64,000 nucleotides of DNA from Pseudomonas sp. Lineage in GTDB: Bacteria; Pseudomonadota; Gammaproteobacteria; Pseudomonadales; Pseudomonadaceae. Location: positions 1,156-65,155 of the forward strand of contig JBKBSI010000001.1 in NCBI GenBank assembly GCA_046291745.1, read 5' to 3'. How positions within the stretch are numbered: position 1 is the first letter of the stretch; each line of letters starts with the position of its first letter. The translations under genes and the position numbers were made by a program. The notes under the pieces were generated by a model. The model searched no databases and was not told where the DNA came from. It saw only the letters and a list, made by a program, of their open reading frames with translations. Below, one piece after another: positions 1 through 9,579 of the stretch.

Positions 1-356
1 AACTGCGTGCCGGTGGCTATTCCAAGGGCATGCGGCAGAAGGTGGTGCTGGCGCTGGCGTTGGTCAAGGGCGCACGCGTATTGCTGCTGGACGAGCCCAC
101 TACCGGTCTGGATCCACAGTCGGCGGAAGAACTGGCCACGCGCATCAGCGAACTCAAGGCTAAGGGCGTAGCGATACTGGCGGTCACCCATGATTTGCTC
201 TGGGCGCAACAGGTTGCCGACTACCTGGGCATTATGCACGGCGGGCGCCTGGAGGAGCTGCTGGGCAATGCCGATCTGCAGCCACATCAACTGGCCGACC
301 GTCTGTTCAGCATTGCCAGAACGCCAGTGAACACAGATGCGGTGGCGCGCCCATGA
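1..356 (+). CDS. ABC transporter ATP-binding protein, C-terminal part (5' end outside window)
   Basis: The frame is open from nt 3. It carries a signature-like YSKGMRQK, Walker B VLLLDEPTTGLD and H-loop LAVTHD. The stop overlaps the next start (ATGA at 353-356). Confidence 0.85.
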   Translation, partial: LRAGGYSKGMRQKVVLALALVKGARVLLLDEPTTGLDPQSAEELATRISELKAKGVAILAVTHDLLWAQQVADYLGIMHGGRLEELLGNADLQPHQLADRLFSIARTPVNTDAVARP

Positions 357-1807
357 GCAGTAGCCTGATCCGCGCCTCGCGTCCGGGCAGCCGAATGCTG
401 GCAGTCGCCTGGCAGGAGTGCCGTTTGATTCTGCGCCAGCGCCTGACCCTGATTCTGTTTGGACTGCTGCTGGTCAGTCTGCTTGCCGCCCTGCTCAATG
501 GCTGGCATCACCACCGCCAGCAGATCGAACAGCAGGCTGCGCTGCAGGCGGTAGTGGATCAGCAATGGCTGGAACAGCCAGATCGCCACCCGCATCGGGT
601 TGCCCACTTCGGCACCTTTGCTTTCCGCAGCCCATCGGTGCTGGGTTTCTTTGAGCCGGGCGTGGATCGCTATGTGGGTAACAGCCAGTTTCTGGAGGCC
701 CATCGGCAGAACCCGGCCAACTTTGCAGCGGCCAGTCAGGCCAGCAGTGTCAGCCGTCTTGGCGATATCAGCCCGGCCAGCGTTCTCCAGGTACTGTTAC
801 CGTTGCTGCTGTTGGTGCTGGCGGGCATGTCGGTAAGTCGCGAGCGTGAGCAGCATACGCTGGTGCCGCTGCTGGCCCAGGGTTTGGCCATGCATCAACT
901 GGTGCTGGGCAAGGCTCTGGCGTACACGCTGTTGGGTGCGGTGCTGGTGTTGATTACGCTGCTGGTCAGTTTGCCGCTGGTACTCCTGGTTGAAGGCGGG
1001 CTGCAGCTGTCCAGCCTGCTGGCGCTGGCCTGGCTGGCACTGACCTATCTGCTCTATGCAGCATTCTGGGCGCTACTCGCGGTCAGCATATCGGCGTTGT
1101 GCAGCGACTCACGCCAGGCTCTGTTGTTGCTGGCGGGTATCTGGGTACTCAGTGTGGTGGTCAGCCCGCGGGTGTTGCCCTATTGGCTACAGGTGGATGC
1201 CGCAAGTGAGTCGCGGCTGGCGTTCAATGCAGCGGTGGATACCGAGCTGCGTGCTGTTGGCGATAGTCATAACAGCGCCGACCAGCGCTTTGCCGCCTTC
1301 GAGAAACAGATTCTGGAGCAGTATGGCGTGCAGCGTGTCGAGGACCTGCCGGTCAATTTTGGTGGGCTGCGAATGCAGGAAGGCGAGCGCCGTACCAGTG
1401 AGGTGTTTGCCAAGCACTATGACGCCATGCAGACGCGTTGGGACCAGCAGGCCCGGCGCATGAGCTTGCTGGCGATAGTCAACCCAGTGCTGGCGGTGCA
1501 GCAGGCTTCGGCGGCGCTGGCGGCGACTGATCGTGCGGCCTTCAGGCATTTCGAGGCGCAATCAGAGGCCTATCGCTATGATTTTGTGCAGCAACTCAAT
1601 CATATCCATACCCATGAGATCAGTTATCAGAATGACCGCGACCAGCGGGTCAGCCAGGCGCACTGGCAGGCCATTGCGTTGTTCCAGCACCATCCCGAGA
1701 GTCTGGCTGAACGGTTGACGCGCGTGGCGATACCGCTGGGCATTCTGGTGGGCTGGTGCCTGCTGTTATTGCTTGGCTGGCGCTACTGGCTCGGGAGGCA
1801 GGCATGA
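353..1807 (+). CDS. ABC-2 type transporter permease, DUF3526-like
   Basis: 484-aa ORF translationally coupled to the ATPase (ATGA). It has an N-terminal TM helix, a block of hydrophobic helices around aa 150-290, a long soluble segment and a C-terminal TM helix. The architecture is recognised as DUF3526-type; this was not verified by search. Confidence 0.6.
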   Translation: MSSSLIRASRPGSRMLAVAWQECRLILRQRLTLILFGLLLVSLLAALLNGWHHHRQQIEQQAALQAVVDQQWLEQPDRHPHRVAHFGTFAFRSPSVLGFFEPGVDRYVGNSQFLEAHRQNPANFAAASQASSVSRLGDISPASVLQVLLPLLLLVLAGMSVSREREQHTLVPLLAQGLAMHQLVLGKALAYTLLGAVLVLITLLVSLPLVLLVEGGLQLSSLLALAWLALTYLLYAAFWALLAVSISALCSDSRQALLLLAGIWVLSVVVSPRVLPYWLQVDAASESRLAFNAAVDTELRAVGDSHNSADQRFAAFEKQILEQYGVQRVEDLPVNFGGLRMQEGERRTSEVFAKHYDAMQTRWDQQARRMSLLAIVNPVLAVQQASAALAATDRAAFRHFEAQSEAYRYDFVQQLNHIHTHEISYQNDRDQRVSQAHWQAIALFQHHPESLAERLTRVAIPLGILVGWCLLLLLGWRYWLGRQA

Positions 1808-3162
1808 GACCTATCGCACGTCTTGCCCTGTATGAGTCCCGTACCCTGCTGCGTAGTCGCGGCTTGTGGCTGGCCTGGACCCTGTTGCTGCTGGCCGGCT
1901 GGCTGGCGACCCTTCAGGGGCATGCGCAGATACAGACCCAGCGCGCGCTGATCGAGCAGCTACCGGCGATCCATCAGCAGGATCTGGCCTACCTGCAGCA
2001 GCGTTTTCCTGAAGCAACCGAGGCGGGTAATCCGGGTTACTATCTGTTTATGCCCACCAACCACCCGCCCTCGGCCTACGCCGACCTCGCGGTGGGTGTA
2101 AGCGACACTGTGCCCAGTACCATGAAGGTGCGCCTGCTCGGGCTTTATTCGCAGTTGTTTGATGCCGAACTGCTCAATCCACAGGTGGCCAGTGTCGGCC
2201 CCTATGATTTTGCCTTTTTTATTATCTTCATTTTGCCGGTCTGGCTGATCCTGCTCTGTCATGGGCTGCTGGCGCGGGATGAAGAAGAGGGCACAGGGCC
2301 GCTATTGCGAGCGCACAGCGCCTCACTCTGGCCTCTACTGCTGGTTCGTATTGGCCTGCGTTTTCTGATGACGCTGACTGCTTGCCTACTGCTGTTGCTG
2401 GCGGCGTCCCTGTGGATAGGTATTGAGTGGGACGGTCGATTGCTGGCATGGGCCGGGCTGGTATTCAGCTATCTGTTGTTCTGGTCGGCGGTCTGCTGTG
2501 TGGTCGTGGCACTGCGCCGCTCATCGGTTTGGACTGCGGTGGTATTACTGGCGATCTGGACGCTGCTGGTGCTGATAACCCCGGCCACGCTCAGCGCCTG
2601 GAACGAGCAGCGCTATCCCCTCAGCGATATTGCGCAGTTAGTTCTCAAGCAGCGCCAGGTGGTGCATACCGGCTGGGACCTGCCAAAGGAGCAGACCTTC
2701 GAGCGGTTTTTCCAGAACCATCCAGAGTGGAGCGAGACTGCGCCGGTTACCGAGCGCTTCCACTGGAAGTGGTACTACGCCATGCATCAGGTAGGCGATG
2801 AAAGTATCGCTGCAGAGCTTGCGCATTACCGCCAGCAACTGGCCCAGCGGGAGCAGGCGGACAGGCTGGCATCTTGGTGGTTGCCCACGGTGGGTATGCA
2901 GCGCGGCCTGACCGGGTTGGCGAACACTGACCTGGTTGATCATCTGGTCTATCTGGACAGCATCGCCGCCTATCATGCCGAACTGCGGAGCTTTTACTAT
3001 CCGCTGCTGTTTGACGACCTTCCTTTTGCGCCTGGGGATGTGGCACGACTGCCACGGCACCAGATGCAGTCGCCGCCAGTGCGCTGGCCGTTGGCTGCAG
3101 GGCTTGGCATGCTGCTCTGGAGTGGGTTGCTGCTGATGCTGGCACGCCGTAGGCTGGGGTAG
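1804..3162 (+). CDS. second ABC-2 type permease, DUF3526-like paralog
   Basis: The track ORF starts at 1756. ATG 1804 is preferred because GGGAGG lies just upstream and it makes an ATGA overlap with the upstream stop. The TM/soluble/TM layout matches the preceding gene. Confidence 0.6.
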   Translation: MRPIARLALYESRTLLRSRGLWLAWTLLLLAGWLATLQGHAQIQTQRALIEQLPAIHQQDLAYLQQRFPEATEAGNPGYYLFMPTNHPPSAYADLAVGVSDTVPSTMKVRLLGLYSQLFDAELLNPQVASVGPYDFAFFIIFILPVWLILLCHGLLARDEEEGTGPLLRAHSASLWPLLLVRIGLRFLMTLTACLLLLLAASLWIGIEWDGRLLAWAGLVFSYLLFWSAVCCVVVALRRSSVWTAVVLLAIWTLLVLITPATLSAWNEQRYPLSDIAQLVLKQRQVVHTGWDLPKEQTFERFFQNHPEWSETAPVTERFHWKWYYAMHQVGDESIAAELAHYRQQLAQREQADRLASWWLPTVGMQRGLTGLANTDLVDHLVYLDSIAAYHAELRSFYYPLLFDDLPFAPGDVARLPRHQMQSPPVRWPLAAGLGMLLWSGLLLMLARRRLG

Positions 3163-3174
3163 CTCAGTGCTATC

Positions 3175-4404
3175 CTAGCCGAAGAACCAGTAGCAGACAG
3201 CAATGGCCGTAAGCATGCCAGCCAGATCGGCCAGCAGCGCGCAGCCCAGGCCGTGGCGGATCTTGGTTATACCGACCGCGCCAAAGTACACCGCCAACAC
3301 ATAGAAGGTGGTTTCGGTGCTGCCCTGGAAGGTCGCGGCCATGAGCGCGGCAAAGCTGTCGACGCCAAAGGTGTCCATGGTTTCGATCATCATCGCTCGC
3401 GCGCCGCTACCTGAGAGCGGCTTGATAAAGGCAGTGGGTAGCGCATCGATAAAGCGGGTGTCCCAGCCCAGGCCCTCGATCATCCAGCGAATGCCGTCCA
3501 GTCCGGCATCCAGCACGCCACTGGCGCGCAGCACACCGACCGCAACCAGCATGGCGACCAGGAAGGGCAGCAGCGAAATGGTGAAGCTGAAACCTTCCTT
3601 GGCGCCTTCAATAAAGGTGTCATACACCGGGACCTTGCGCAGCGCGCCGATCAGCAGAAAGGCGATGATGATGCCGAACAGGGTCAGGTTGCCGACCAGC
3701 GTCGAGGTCGCGGCCAGGGCCTGGGCCGACATCCCCGCCAGCACTGTGAGCAACAGTCCGAGAGCCAGCCCGCCACCAATCAGATAAGCCAGCACTACCG
3801 GGTGCCAGAGCTTCAGGCGTTGCATCAGCGCCACGCTGAACAGGCCAACCAGGCTGGAGGCGGTGGTGGCCAGCAGGATCGGCAGGAACACTGCGGTAGG
3901 ATCGGTCGCGCCCTGTTGTGCCCGGTACATGAAGATGGTCACCGGTAACAGCGTCAAGGATGAGGTGTTGAGCACCAGAAACAGGATCTGCGCGTTGCTT
4001 GCGGTGTCCTTGCTCGGATTCAGGCTTTGCAGCGAATGCATGGCCTTGATGCCGATAGGTGTGGCGGCATTGTCCAGGCCAAGGATATTGGCTGCGAAGT
4101 TCATGCTGATATGCCCGAGCGCTGGGTGGCCGCTGGGTACCTCCGGCATCAACCGGCGGAACAGCGGATCCAGCACTCGCGCCAGCAGGCGGATCAAGCC
4201 AGCCTTCTCGGCAATTGCCAGAAAGCCCAGCCACAGGGTCATGGTGCCAACCAGCACCAGCACAATCTCGACGCTGAGGCGGGCCATATCGAACAGGGCA
4301 CCTACCAGGCGACCGAAGACCTCGATATCGCCCAGGCCCAGCCACTGCCAGAGCGCCGCGGCGAAGGCGGCGAGGAAGAAGCTGAGCCAGATTCCATTTA
4401 GCAT
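3175..4404 (-). CDS. nucleoside-recognition domain membrane protein (fused SpmA/SpmB-like)
   Basis: 409-aa polytopic membrane protein. The N-terminus MLNGIWLSFFL and glycine-rich helices are typical of the SpmA/SpmB (Gate domain) family. Confidence 0.65.
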   Translation of the reverse strand: MLNGIWLSFFLAAFAAALWQWLGLGDIEVFGRLVGALFDMARLSVEIVLVLVGTMTLWLGFLAIAEKAGLIRLLARVLDPLFRRLMPEVPSGHPALGHISMNFAANILGLDNAATPIGIKAMHSLQSLNPSKDTASNAQILFLVLNTSSLTLLPVTIFMYRAQQGATDPTAVFLPILLATTASSLVGLFSVALMQRLKLWHPVVLAYLIGGGLALGLLLTVLAGMSAQALAATSTLVGNLTLFGIIIAFLLIGALRKVPVYDTFIEGAKEGFSFTISLLPFLVAMLVAVGVLRASGVLDAGLDGIRWMIEGLGWDTRFIDALPTAFIKPLSGSGARAMMIETMDTFGVDSFAALMAATFQGSTETTFYVLAVYFGAVGITKIRHGLGCALLADLAGMLTAIAVCYWFFG

Positions 4405-4434
4405 GCGGCTATCCCTACCTTGAATTCATCATGA

Positions 4435-5325
4435 TCAGGGCTGGCCTGTAGGGACGGGTTGTTCGCCAGTACTGCAGACCGGCAAGGCGCTGGTCTGGGA
4501 GGTTGCGTCCGGGCGGCACCAGAGGGCCGATGTGGTTGCTTCAGGTACCAGGGTGGCGAGGATCGCGGCGGTCTCGGCATCGGGCTCACCGTCGAACAGG
4601 CTGGGTCTAAAGCGCATCTGGAAGGCGGCTATGACGTTGCGTGTGGCATTGGTCTGCCCGGGTTTTGCCTCAAGGCTATAGCCGAAGCTACCCAGCGCCT
4701 CTTCGAACCAGGCCAGCGGCGGCGTCTGGCCTGCCAGTACGCTACGCCGCTGAGCTACCTGCCTGGCATCCGGCCAGATCGACACACCTTCTGCCGCCAG
4801 CCGCTGCCAGGGAAATAAAGGGCCGGGGTCGACTTTGCGTTGTGGCGCTACATCGCTATGGCCAAGAACCCGATCAGGGCTCAGGCCATGGCGCTTGAGC
4901 AGGTCCTGCAACAGCGGAATCAGAGCGTCAATCTGTTCAGTCGGCCAGGGATGCCAGACCCTGCCCTCGGGGGTGTCGGTATAGCCGGGATGGACTATCT
5001 CGATGCCGATAGAACTGGCGTTCAGCCAGGTGCGCCCCTGCCAGCTACTCTCGCCAGCGTGCCAGGCGCGGCGGTCGTCTTCGACCAGACGGTAAATGGT
5101 TGGCTGTTCGCTGATCAGATAGTGGCTGCTTACCGCACCACGGGTCAGGTGGTTAAGCGCCCGGTCGAAGCCGGAGGAGGTGTAGTGCACGATGATGTAC
5201 TGCACACGGCTGTCGTGGTTGACCGAGCTGTAGCGGGTATCAATTTCCAGACTGCGGGTGCAACCACCCAGCAGCACGAGCATGCTCAGGCACAACAGGG
5301 GTATCAGGCGGTGCAGCATAGGCAA
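4435..5325 (-). CDS. N-acetylmuramoyl-L-alanine amidase lipoprotein (AmiD / AmpDh2-like)
   Basis: Lipobox LLGGC follows the signal peptide. Amidase_2 motifs are present (IIVHYTS, AWHAG, IGIEIVH, GHSD). The C-terminus has a peptidoglycan-binding-like segment. Confidence 0.8.
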   Translation of the reverse strand: MPMLHRLIPLLCLSMLVLLGGCTRSLEIDTRYSSVNHDSRVQYIIVHYTSSGFDRALNHLTRGAVSSHYLISEQPTIYRLVEDDRRAWHAGESSWQGRTWLNASSIGIEIVHPGYTDTPEGRVWHPWPTEQIDALIPLLQDLLKRHGLSPDRVLGHSDVAPQRKVDPGPLFPWQRLAAEGVSIWPDARQVAQRRSVLAGQTPPLAWFEEALGSFGYSLEAKPGQTNATRNVIAAFQMRFRPSLFDGEPDAETAAILATLVPEATTSALWCRPDATSQTSALPVCSTGEQPVPTGQP

Positions 5326-5595
5326 GGACTCTGCTTGTCAAAAGCAGCAGCCTAGCATGCTGCTTCAAGGCTTGCAGCGTCTCAATGCGTGGCTTTTAGT
5401 GGCGCCGCAGGCTGACCTTGGAAATCGGCGCGCCATGGCTTGCCCTGGCAGAGTGGACGGTTGGGGCAACTGGCTTGACAGCCGCGACAGGGCAAGCGAG
5501 TGGGAGCGGAATGCTTCAAAAGTTTTACTCATGGCATTTAATAATTATGCACAATATCATCTATGCATCATATTGGTATAGGTATTGCGTTTAAC

Positions 5596-6882
5596 ATGAC
5601 CAGCCTTTTGTGGTTCAAACAAGATCTGCGTCTGGATGACAACCCGGCACTGATAGCTGCGATGCAGCATGGCGACTGCCTGCCAGTCTTCTGTCTGGAT
5701 CCGCGCTGGTTTATGTCGGATCACCGCGGCATACGGCCCTGCGGCGACAGGCGGGTGCAATTCATTCTCGAGAGCCTGACAGATCTGCAGCGCACATTGC
5801 GGGTATGCGGCTCCGATCTGCTGGTGCTGCAAGGGGCGCCGGAGCAACTGCTGCCAAAGCTTTGCCAGGATCTGGGTGTGGGTGTCATCTACACCCATAG
5901 CGAACATGCTCCGGACGAGCAGGCGCAGTTGGCGCGCGTGCAGCAGGCCTTGCCTGAGGGTGTTGCTTTGCACTGCTTGGAGAGCAATGCGTTGTTTGAC
6001 CCGGCGCAGTTGCCCTTTTCCCTGCAAGCCATGCCGGGGGTGTTCACGCGTTTCCGTACCCAGATCGAAAAGCGTGTTCCGGCGCACACGCCGCTGTCCA
6101 TCCCGGATACCTTGGCGCCGTTGCCGGGCGCCGCTCTGGCGCTGCTCCAGGGCGTGCCCCAGCTTGCCGATCTGGGTCTGCAGTCCCCGCACCCGGAACC
6201 GCGCTCTGCCCTGCCCGCCGGTGGTGGCGAGATGGCTGGTCGGGCTTGGCTGGATGATTACCTTTGGGGGAGTCAGGCGGTGCGGTATTACAAGGAAACC
6301 CGCAACGGCTTGCTAGGCTGCCACTTTTCTTCAAAGCTCTCGGTCTGGCTGGCCCACGGCTGCCTGTCACCGCGCCGGGTGGTGCATGAGTTGCGTGTCC
6401 ATGAGGCAGTGCACGGTGCCAACGACTCGACCTACTGGCTGTGGTTTGAGTTGCTGTGGCGAGAGTTTTTCCGCCTCAGCCTGCGTTTGCACGGCTGCGC
6501 CTATTTCCGTTTCGGCGGCCTCTCGCAGGGCACCCCGCCCCGCGGTGCTGATCAGCGCTGGTTGGACTGGCGCGAGGGTGCTACCGGGCAGCCCTTTGTT
6601 GACGCCTGTTTACGTGAGCTGAATGCCAGTGGCTTTCTCTCCAACCGCGCACGGCAGATCGCTGCCAGTTACCTGGTGCATGACTTGCAACAGGACTGGC
6701 GCCTGGGGGCGGCCTGGTTCGAGCAACAGTTGATTGATTACGATGTGGCCAGCAACTGGGGCAACTGGGCCTATATTGCCGGTGTCGGACATGATCCGCG
6801 GGGCGGTCGGGCGTTCAATGTGGCCATGCAGGCGCAACGCTACGACCCGGACGGCGCCTACGTTGCGACCTGGCTTGATTGA
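5596..6882 (+). CDS. cryptochrome DASH / photolyase family protein
   Basis: MTSLLWFKQDLRLDDNPAL is a photolyase N-terminus. FSSKLSVWLAHGCLSPR, ELLWREFF, LSNRARQ and DYDVASNWGNWAY are typical of the DASH subfamily. ATG 5596 was chosen over the track start 5563. Confidence 0.85.
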   Translation: MTSLLWFKQDLRLDDNPALIAAMQHGDCLPVFCLDPRWFMSDHRGIRPCGDRRVQFILESLTDLQRTLRVCGSDLLVLQGAPEQLLPKLCQDLGVGVIYTHSEHAPDEQAQLARVQQALPEGVALHCLESNALFDPAQLPFSLQAMPGVFTRFRTQIEKRVPAHTPLSIPDTLAPLPGAALALLQGVPQLADLGLQSPHPEPRSALPAGGGEMAGRAWLDDYLWGSQAVRYYKETRNGLLGCHFSSKLSVWLAHGCLSPRRVVHELRVHEAVHGANDSTYWLWFELLWREFFRLSLRLHGCAYFRFGGLSQGTPPRGADQRWLDWREGATGQPFVDACLRELNASGFLSNRARQIAASYLVHDLQQDWRLGAAWFEQQLIDYDVASNWGNWAYIAGVGHDPRGGRAFNVAMQAQRYDPDGAYVATWLD

Positions 6883-6888
6883 CCCTGG

Positions 6889-8565
6889 TCAGTCAGCCCT
6901 GACCAGACGGTTGCGACCCTGCTCCTTGGCCTTGTACATGGCGCGGTCGGCGCGGTCGAATACCTGATCGAGGCTGTCACCGGCCTTGAATTCGGTGTAA
7001 CCGATGGAGATGGTGATGGTTACCCGCTCGGCTTTGAAGTGAAAGGGGCTGGCTTCGATTTCGGCGCGCAGGGCCTCAAGGGCCGTTTCGGCTTGCTCCA
7101 GGCTGGTGCCGGGCATCAATAACACAAACTCTTCGCCGCCAAACCGGCCGATAAAGTCAGACTTGCGCAGCCGCCGCGACAGTTGCTGGGCAATCAGCCG
7201 CAGTACCTTGTCCCCGGACAGGTGACCGAAGCGGTCGTTGATATTCTTGAAGTGGTCAACATCCAGCACCACCATCAACAGTTGACCGCCGTAGCGCTGC
7301 CAGCGCTCAAACTCTTCTTCCATGCGTTTCTGCAAACCGGCGCGATTGGCCAGGCCGGTGAGACTATCGAGCATGGCGCGCTGGCGCTGTTCTTCCAGAT
7401 GAGTGCGGAAAGTCTGAGCTTCCGTTTCCATGAGCTGAATACGTGAGACCATGGTTTGCATCTGTTCGGCCACATGCTGCTCACGCTCTTCGCGGTTGAC
7501 CTGGGCCTTTGCGACGTTGACCAGCAGAGCATCCAATTGATTCTCGACGTTGGCCTTGAGTGCTTCCAGATCAGTGGCTTGGCGCACTTCGCCGTGCAGT
7601 CCCTCTACTTGATCGCGAATCGCGCCTTCCAGTGACTTGCTGACATCCAGTGATCCGGAATAAGCCTCATGGGCCTGCTCCAGGCTGCCCTGGAATTGCG
7701 CCAGACGGCTATTGAGTTGCTGCAGATAGCGCTCGAAGTCGGCTTGGCGGCTTTGCTGCGCACCCATTACCAACACGCCTAGCTCATCCAGGGCTGCGGC
7801 CAGTTCGTACCAGTTCAGGCCCTTGCCAACGCGCTCGCGCAGCATGTCGCAGCGCGACTGCTGGGTGTCCAGCACCTGCAGTTCGTTGAGCAGATTGAGC
7901 AGAATGGTCTCGATATGCGCTGCAACCTGGGAGTAGTGCTGCTCTTCCCTGCCGAGCACGCCAGGCGGGTCGTTCTCTGGGGCCGGAACGTCCTGGTCTT
8001 CCCCTAGTTCGTCCTTGGCAGCGACTTCGATACTGGTTGCAATATCTTCGGCTTCGGCTTCTGGTGCCTGGGTTGGAGTGGGAGCGGGAGCCGCCGGGCT
8101 GGACTCGCGGGTTGAGCCAAAAAGACGTGAGAGTAGGCCGCCGCTAGCACCGTTCTCGGTACCGATCTTATCCAGGGCTTGGGCTTGCAGCTCGACCACT
8201 TCACCGAGCAGGTCGGGCAGACAGGACGCATATTCGATCGGACTTTCCAGGCGCTTGGCCAGCTTTTTCAGGGCAGTGGTCAGCTCGCTGGGCACGGGTT
8301 GCTTCTGAAGCTGGCGCAGCAGGTTGCGCAGGTGAACGCTGATTTGCTTGAGACGCTCTTCCCGGGCGCTGTCGGCCGCCAGTACGGCGCGCTCCAGATC
8401 CGGCATCAGGTCTGCCAACTGGTGGGCAGGGGCGTCACTGCGCAGGGCGCCGCGTAATTCCTTCAGGCGCTTGTCTAGTAGAGGCTCCAGACCATCGGCG
8501 GCAATACTTACCCGTACCAAGCCGCGCTTGAGCAATTCTTCCTGGTCGGTGGTTTCAAAGGGCAT
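6889..8565 (-). CDS. diguanylate cyclase with long N-terminal coiled-coil region
   Basis: GGEEF motif at 7126-7140 with an RKSD I-site 5 residues upstream. LTGLANR marks the start of the GGDEF domain. About 380 aa of heptad-like helical sequence precede it, with an acidic/Pro-rich linker. Start taken as MPFETTDQ (8565). Its position beside dsbA/cc4/polA matches the P. aeruginosa dgcH neighbourhood (from memory). Confidence 0.85.
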   Translation of the reverse strand: MPFETTDQEELLKRGLVRVSIAADGLEPLLDKRLKELRGALRSDAPAHQLADLMPDLERAVLAADSAREERLKQISVHLRNLLRQLQKQPVPSELTTALKKLAKRLESPIEYASCLPDLLGEVVELQAQALDKIGTENGASGGLLSRLFGSTRESSPAAPAPTPTQAPEAEAEDIATSIEVAAKDELGEDQDVPAPENDPPGVLGREEQHYSQVAAHIETILLNLLNELQVLDTQQSRCDMLRERVGKGLNWYELAAALDELGVLVMGAQQSRQADFERYLQQLNSRLAQFQGSLEQAHEAYSGSLDVSKSLEGAIRDQVEGLHGEVRQATDLEALKANVENQLDALLVNVAKAQVNREEREQHVAEQMQTMVSRIQLMETEAQTFRTHLEEQRQRAMLDSLTGLANRAGLQKRMEEEFERWQRYGGQLLMVVLDVDHFKNINDRFGHLSGDKVLRLIAQQLSRRLRKSDFIGRFGGEEFVLLMPGTSLEQAETALEALRAEIEASPFHFKAERVTITISIGYTEFKAGDSLDQVFDRADRAMYKAKEQGRNRLVRAD

Positions 8566-8709
8566 GCGCGCTTCCGTTGGCTCCCTGCGGCTGACATGGC
8601 TGTGAGGTACGCTTGGAAACGCTCCGCAGCCTGATTTATGCAATGAGTATAAGGTATACCGCCAATATGACTAGTGGCCTGTTTGGGTTAGGGCCTTGGA
8701 ATCAGTGGC

Positions 8710-9570
8710 TCAGCAAGGCTTGCAGAGGTTTTGCGGCAGGCGGATATGCATGGCGACCGGCAGATGGTCGGAAATGGGATGGGGTAGCACGTCGACCTGT
8801 TCAATCGTCAGGCTTGGGCTGATCAGAATATGATCCAGTACGCGCGCCGGCTTCCAACTGGGGAAAGTGCCGGGCAAAGTGGCAGTGTGCAGGTTACTGC
8901 CACTTAATGGTGAGTGTTGCAGCAAGTCTTCGGCATGGGTATTCATATCGCCCATCAGCACCACATTGCGGTGTCCGGAGATGCGATCACGAATATAGGC
9001 CAATTGGTTGGCTCTGGCGCGGTTGCTCAAGGCCAGATGCATCATCACTACCAGCAATGAATCCCGGTCCTGACCGAACTGGGTGATGATGGCGCCACGC
9101 CCCGGCATAAAGCCTGGCAGCTTGTGATCCTCGAGCTGCTGTGGCGCGAAGCGGCTGAGCAGGCCGTTGGAATGCTGGGCAAAACGCCCCAGGTTGCGAT
9201 TCAGCTGCTGGTACCAGTAGGGAAATTGCCCTTCCCGTGCCAGATGTTCGACCTGGTTGATATAGCCCGAGCGCATGCTGCCGCCGTCGACCTCCTGCAG
9301 CGCCACCAGATCAAAATCATTCAGCACCCGGCCGATCTGCGCCAGGGTTTGGTGTCGGCCAGCGTGCGGCAGCAGATGCTGCCAACTGCGCGTCAGGTAG
9401 TGATGATACTTCTGCGTGTTGATACCAACCTGAATATTGAAACTGAGCAGGCGCAGTACATCCGGTAGCGCCTGCTCGCTGCAATCACAGAGGCTGTTGG
9501 TCTGCAGATTGCCCGGTAGCATCAGTCCGTGGGAGGACCGACGCTTTGGCGGAGTTACTGAATCACGCAT
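8710..9570 (-). CDS. endonuclease/exonuclease/phosphatase (EEP) family protein
   Basis: Shows the EEP motif series LSFNIQ, ALQEVD, MGDMN and SDHLPV. Confidence 0.75.
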   Translation of the reverse strand: MRDSVTPPKRRSSHGLMLPGNLQTNSLCDCSEQALPDVLRLLSFNIQVGINTQKYHHYLTRSWQHLLPHAGRHQTLAQIGRVLNDFDLVALQEVDGGSMRSGYINQVEHLAREGQFPYWYQQLNRNLGRFAQHSNGLLSRFAPQQLEDHKLPGFMPGRGAIITQFGQDRDSLLVVMMHLALSNRARANQLAYIRDRISGHRNVVLMGDMNTHAEDLLQHSPLSGSNLHTATLPGTFPSWKPARVLDHILISPSLTIEQVDVLPHPISDHLPVAMHIRLPQNLCKPC

Positions 9571-9579
9571 GGGGGCAGA

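Noticed and set aside
5258-5581. 107-aa ORF in the amidase / cryptochrome intergenic region, and a roughly 56-codon minus-strand ORF starting near 5532
   Set aside because: There is no RBS. The first overlaps the amidase start region. The composition is not protein-like. This is most likely promoter DNA.
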